Origin: Asterias rubens
Taxonomy: Eukaryota
NCBI RefSeq assembly: GCF_902459465.1
Contig: NC_047069.1
Location: 4,588,001-4,652,000, forward strand
Direction: 5' to 3'
DNA length: 64,000 bases
Under the pieces are notes generated by a model. It did no database searches, was not told the origin of the DNA, and worked only from the letters and a program-made list of their open reading frames with translations. The translations under genes were made by a program, and so were the position numbers. This document shows positions 59,701-64,000 of this stretch, in pieces (the first letter of the stretch is position 1; every line of letters starts with the position of its first letter).

Positions 59701-62700
59701 ATTGGAAAATGTCAAAGTCTGTGGAGAACTCTTAAAGGGGCATCAAGGCCAAGACTAGGGCAACAGAGGCCATGGCCTCTTTAGTCCTCGTTTAATTCCA
59801 GGCCTGCCCCTCAATCCCCCAGCTGTGTCACAATAGATACCTAAACTCTTTTCTACCACATTCTGTTTGTAATTTTAATGGCGGCCAGTGAAAAAAAAGA
59901 AAATAATGTCAGTCAACCCATTAATTTGACACAAGTTAAGGCATTACTGCGTCCGATGTGTGGCTTTAATTTGTTGTGTTTTACATTTGACAGGAGGAGA
60001 GACTCTTAATATAGTCCCAGAGCGTCAACTTGAAGAGATGAACACTGAACTACAAACACTGAAAGAAACATGGATACAACCCACATTGCACCAGCAGGTT
60101 GAAAATCAACTCCAGGCGGCTGTGGAGAATGTGAGTACATGTATACATTTGGTTTGAATTTGAAACCTGGTCAAAGAAAGTTATCGTTCAAAAGCATAAT
60201 CGATTCTTAAGCAGCATGCAGTATCAGAGTCCAGCTTTCTCAAGATGACGATCAGAGCATACTAATCGAAACCTGCAGTTCTTTTCAGAACCACTCCAAT
60301 TCATTAGAGATGATTATTACGTTGTGTTACCACAAACTTTACTATATATTCAATTCCATTCATTTTGAACGATTATTTTTTATTTATTTATTTTTTTAGA
60401 TGAGGGAGATGAAAGAGACATTCGAAAGAGTTCAAGTTGAATGTAAGAAACCTACTATTTATTTATTAATTATCAAACTTGCCGTGTTGTGGCTGAGCAG
60501 ATAAGAACATCAAACTCAAGCTCTAGAGTTTCTAATTAGCAGTGTTTGTGTTTGAGTCCCAGTTGTGTCCATTAAGCCAATTTAATTGACCTTGGACTCT
60601 GCTCAGGTTGAATACACCGTTGCTACACCTTAATTGATAACTTAACTGTAGACATATACTTGAGTTATACATAAGATTGTAACATGTCATATGATCTCAC
60701 CATCTGTCTGTTTTTTTATCCTGCATTTTAATGTTTTTCTTGGCTGTACAGCACTTTGAAACAGTGTTAAAGCGCTATATAAATGCATTTAAGTCTTGTT
60801 AACGTTTACCCCCCTTTTTCGCTGTAAGCTGCCCTTTTTCACTGTGATCACATCTTTGGACTTAGAGACCAGTAGCCCCTCTTCAATTTGGTTCAGAAAT
60901 ATCCATTTTCATATTCTCTCCTAAAATCTTTAATTACAAATTATTTACAGATGAAGAAAGGCTGACCACTGAGAGACAAAATGCTAGAGAGGTACAGTCA
61001 CTCATTCCATTTTAACAAGCTACTGCCAGGGATCTTACGTTTTTGTTCCTTCCTGACATGATTTTTTTATTTTATTTTTTATTTTACTTAATTTGTTTCA
61101 TTATGTGGCCGTATTTTGACCCAAAAAATAGATCAGGGTAATAGTTTACATGTGTTCACCTCACGTGGCAACAAAAAATCAGTATTTTTCATTTTTTCAG
61201 AATCTGCTCACTTGGGGAGCACTCTCTAAGATTAAGAAAAACATTGGCATTTTATACAAAATGTGTGCATGTCAAAGGCCTTGAAATTCCACAATGTTTT
61301 ATTACCAATTGAAATATTCAAATGTTGGCAGCGATGTATTAAAGCCTTCACCATGTGTACATGTAGTTTTGTACTGGATCAAATATTGCTACTATTTTCC
61401 AACCACCAAATATCATTGCCTGATATTCATACACCATGAATAGCAAAACCTTGGCCCTGAGACATGGCTGTCACTTGGGCTCAACCAAGGCTGGAATCTC
61501 GGTCTACTCACTAAAATACAAAATCCAAATCACCCAAATAAAAGCATGGAAAACATTGACATGTGAACACAACATACGGCGTCTTAGTTTTACAGCCACC
61601 ATTTATGTTTTCTTTAGACCTGCAATTAAACAAATATAGCAGTTTTAAAAAATGTTTATTTATTTCTTTGCACTGCTTGTAGCGCTTTGAAGAATTGGAA
61701 ACATCTGCTTTGTGTAAGGTCAACTCCCTCCAAAAGAATCTCCAACTACAGACAGATAAAAACATCAGCATTGAGGAGAAATTACAGGAGCACGCCCAAC
61801 AAATCAACGGTCTATTGGAGGTCAAAAACCTCCTCACTCAAGATATCAGCAGCGCTCGTGCGGAGATAAGTCAACAATCTGAAGATTTTACTATCCTGCA
61901 GGAGGCAATGAGTGACAAAGAGGAAGAGCTCAAGTCGGCCAATACACAGCTTGAAAAGTTCAGAGAAATTATTGAGGAATTGCAAGAGAGTAACAAGATC
62001 TTGGTAGGGGAGGAAGAGCGTCTTAAAGAAGAGGTTGCATCGGCCTGTGTCCTCATGAAGCATCAAGAAAAGATCAATGGTGGTCTGAATGAGAGAAAAA
62101 AGTGTCTAGAAGAGGAAGCTGAGGACGCCCAGGCTAACGCCAAGCAGCAAGCTGAGTTTATTACATCTCTCCAGGCATCAAAGGCAGAACTTGAGGGGAA
62201 GGTGACATCATCCTATGAGAAGATTGTGAGGTATGAGGAAGTGATACAGGAAGTTGAGCAGAGGAACAACGACTTGAAGATAGAAGAGAGGCGGTTCTCG
62301 GAAGAGATTGAGTCTGCTCATCTACTCGCCAATCAACAGAAAGACGCTCTGAGTAGTCTAAATGAGGAAAAGAGACGTCTACAAGAAGAAGTCTGCAATG
62401 CTCAAACTGAGGCTGAGATGCAAGCTGTTACTCTACTGAGCCTCTCAGCCACAAAGACAGCATTGGAAGAAGAGACCCTGTCAGCCAATGCACAGATCAA
62501 GAAGTTGGAAGGAATAATCAAAGACCTGCAGCAGAAGAATGAGGATTTAATGGCAGAAGAAGGCCCCTTAACTGAAGAAATTTCATCTGCTCGTGTTTTC
62601 ATCAAACAGCAGGAAGAAATCATTAATGCGCTCACTACAGCTAAGAAGGGTCTTGAGGATGAAGTCACCAGCGCTCACGCTGAGGCCAAAAAGCATTCAG

Positions 62701-64000
62701 AGATCATCACTGCTCTCCAAACAGCAAAGGCAGCATTTGAAGAGGGAGCCACGTCAAATAATTCTCAGATACAAAGAAGTACGGAGATGATTGTGGAGCT
62801 GCAGCACAGAAATGAGGATTTGAAGACACAGCAGGAGCGTCTTTCAGAGGAGGTTGCATCTGCTCATGTTCTGACAAAACAGCAGGAAGAAGTTATTAGA
62901 ATTCTGAATGAGAAAAATACACATCAAGAAGATGAGGTCTCACGGATTCGAATTGAAGCTAATCAGCAGTCCAAGGCTTACACCATCCTTAATGCAGCAA
63001 AAACAGCACTAGAAGAGGAGGTTAAGGTGATCCATGCACAGAGTCAGAATTTCAAGGAAATAATCCAGGAGCTAGAAAAGAGGAAGGAAGACTTGAAGAC
63101 CGAGAGAGGATGCCTCACGGAGGAAGTTTCTTCTGCTCAGGAGAGAACAGAGAACCAAGAACAGATCATCACTGCTCTAAATGAAGAAAAGAAGGCTCTT
63201 GAGAATGCAATCCTTGATGCCCGTACTGAGATCTCTCATGCTCAAACTGAGTCTGAGCAGCAAGCTGTTACTTTACTGAGCCTATCGGCAGCAAAGACAG
63301 CACTGGAAGAAGAGACCCTGTCAGCCAATGCACAGATCAAGAAGTTGGAAGGAATAATCAAAGACCTGCAGCAGAAGAATGAGGATTTAATGGCAGAAGA
63401 AGGCCCCTTAACTGAAGAAATTTCATCTGCTCGTGTTTTCATCAAGCAGCAGGAAGAAATCATAAATGCGCTCACTACAGCTAAGAAGGGTCTTGAAGAT
63501 GAAGTCTCCAGCACCCACCTTGAGGCTGTTAAGCAATCAGAGATCATCACTGCTCTCCAAACAGCAAAGGCAGCATTTGAAGAGGAAGCCACGTCAAATA
63601 ATTCTCAGATCCAAAGAAGTACGGAGATGATTATGGAACTGCAGCACAGAAACGAGGATTTCAAGACACAGCAGGAGTGTCTCTCAGAGGAGGTTGCATC
63701 TGCTCATGTTCTGACAAAACAGCAGGAAGAAGTTATTAGAATTCTGAATGAGAACAAGAAGCAAATTGAGGATGAGGTCTCATGCCTTCATGCTCAGGCT
63801 AATCAGCAGTCCGAGGCTTACACCATTCTTAATGCAGCAAAAACAGCACTAGAAGAGGAGGTTAAGATGACCCATGCACAGAGCCAGAATTTCAAGGAAA
63901 TAATCCAGCAGCTAGAGAAGAGTAATGAGGACTTAAAGACACAGCAAGAGCATCTTTCAGAGGAGGTTGTGTCTGCTCATGCTATGACAAAACAGCAAGA
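53756..64000 (+). CDS. NUMA1: NuMA-like protein (N-terminal Hook/CH-type domain plus long coiled coil), 3'-partial. Exons 53756-53791, 54183-54268, 55413-55486, 55712-55972, 56582-56715, 57505-57628, 58361-58478, 59056-59161, 59360-59609, 59994-60130, 60400-60442, 60951-60991, 61683->64000
   Basis: LAHWVNSVGVGNCVESLQQLQDGAHFISIVKII resembles the NuMA N-terminus (WVNSL...VE.V.QLQD..IFI.II). Also ELAKVAALLLCAAIQ, FSPVKALFSTP and GETL. All junctions are phase-consistent and the last exon is open for 2318 nt. Orthology is inferred. Confidence 0.75.
56333..56500. mobile_element. MITE with TIR CATACTTCCTGCGAATGCGAT, second copy at about 57260-57390
   Basis: Inverted ends and a shared CGCATTCGCAGGAAGTA.GAACCGGGCTT terminus. 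Confidence 0.75.
60216..60346 (+). mobile_element. Penelope-like 3' tail with a decayed hammerhead-like motif
   Basis: ATGCAGTATCAGAGTCCAGC...GACGATCAGAGCATACTAATCGAAAC...GTTCTTTTCAGAACC matches 44197-44340. Confidence 0.75.
62000..64000 (+). repeat. Hierarchical coding tandem repeat (28/35, 91/98 and 280 aa periods)
   Basis: CTCAAACTGAG at 62401 and 63241 gives an 840-nt period. Sub-periods of 273, 273 and 294 nt. Confidence 0.9.

Overview
AT-rich, intron-dense eukaryotic DNA from a marine invertebrate, most likely an echinoderm such as a sea star (inferred from protein similarity and repeat style, not proven). I reconstructed the exon chains by hand from splice sites and reading-frame phase. 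Four conserved genes are recognisable: TAF7 (+, 3327-10248, 13 coding exons), FRG1 (-, 10969-16957, 8 exons), PDZD8 (+, 18859-35094, 16 exons) and the 5' part of a NuMA-like Hook-domain coiled-coil gene (+, 53756 to beyond the window). There is also a complete initiator tRNA-Met (-, 46621-46692) and a possible unknown gene leaving the left edge (-). The most novel item is a phase-consistent, unrecognised spliced gene (-, about 42279-46403) just downstream of the tRNA. It encodes two tandem copies of a ~60-aa domain resembling the N-terminus of integrase-type transposases, with no catalytic domain. Other notable items: a U12-type intron in TAF7; an 80-bp tandem array built from the FRG1 exon 7 splice acceptor; a copy of PDZD8 exon sequence inside an upstream intron; a SINE joined to a Penelope GIY-YIG fragment with a hammerhead-like motif; a four-level coiled-coil repeat; and many MITE, SINE and LTR-like elements. 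No CRISPR, rRNA or prokaryotic features. Repeat coordinates are approximate to a few bases and no database searches were run.
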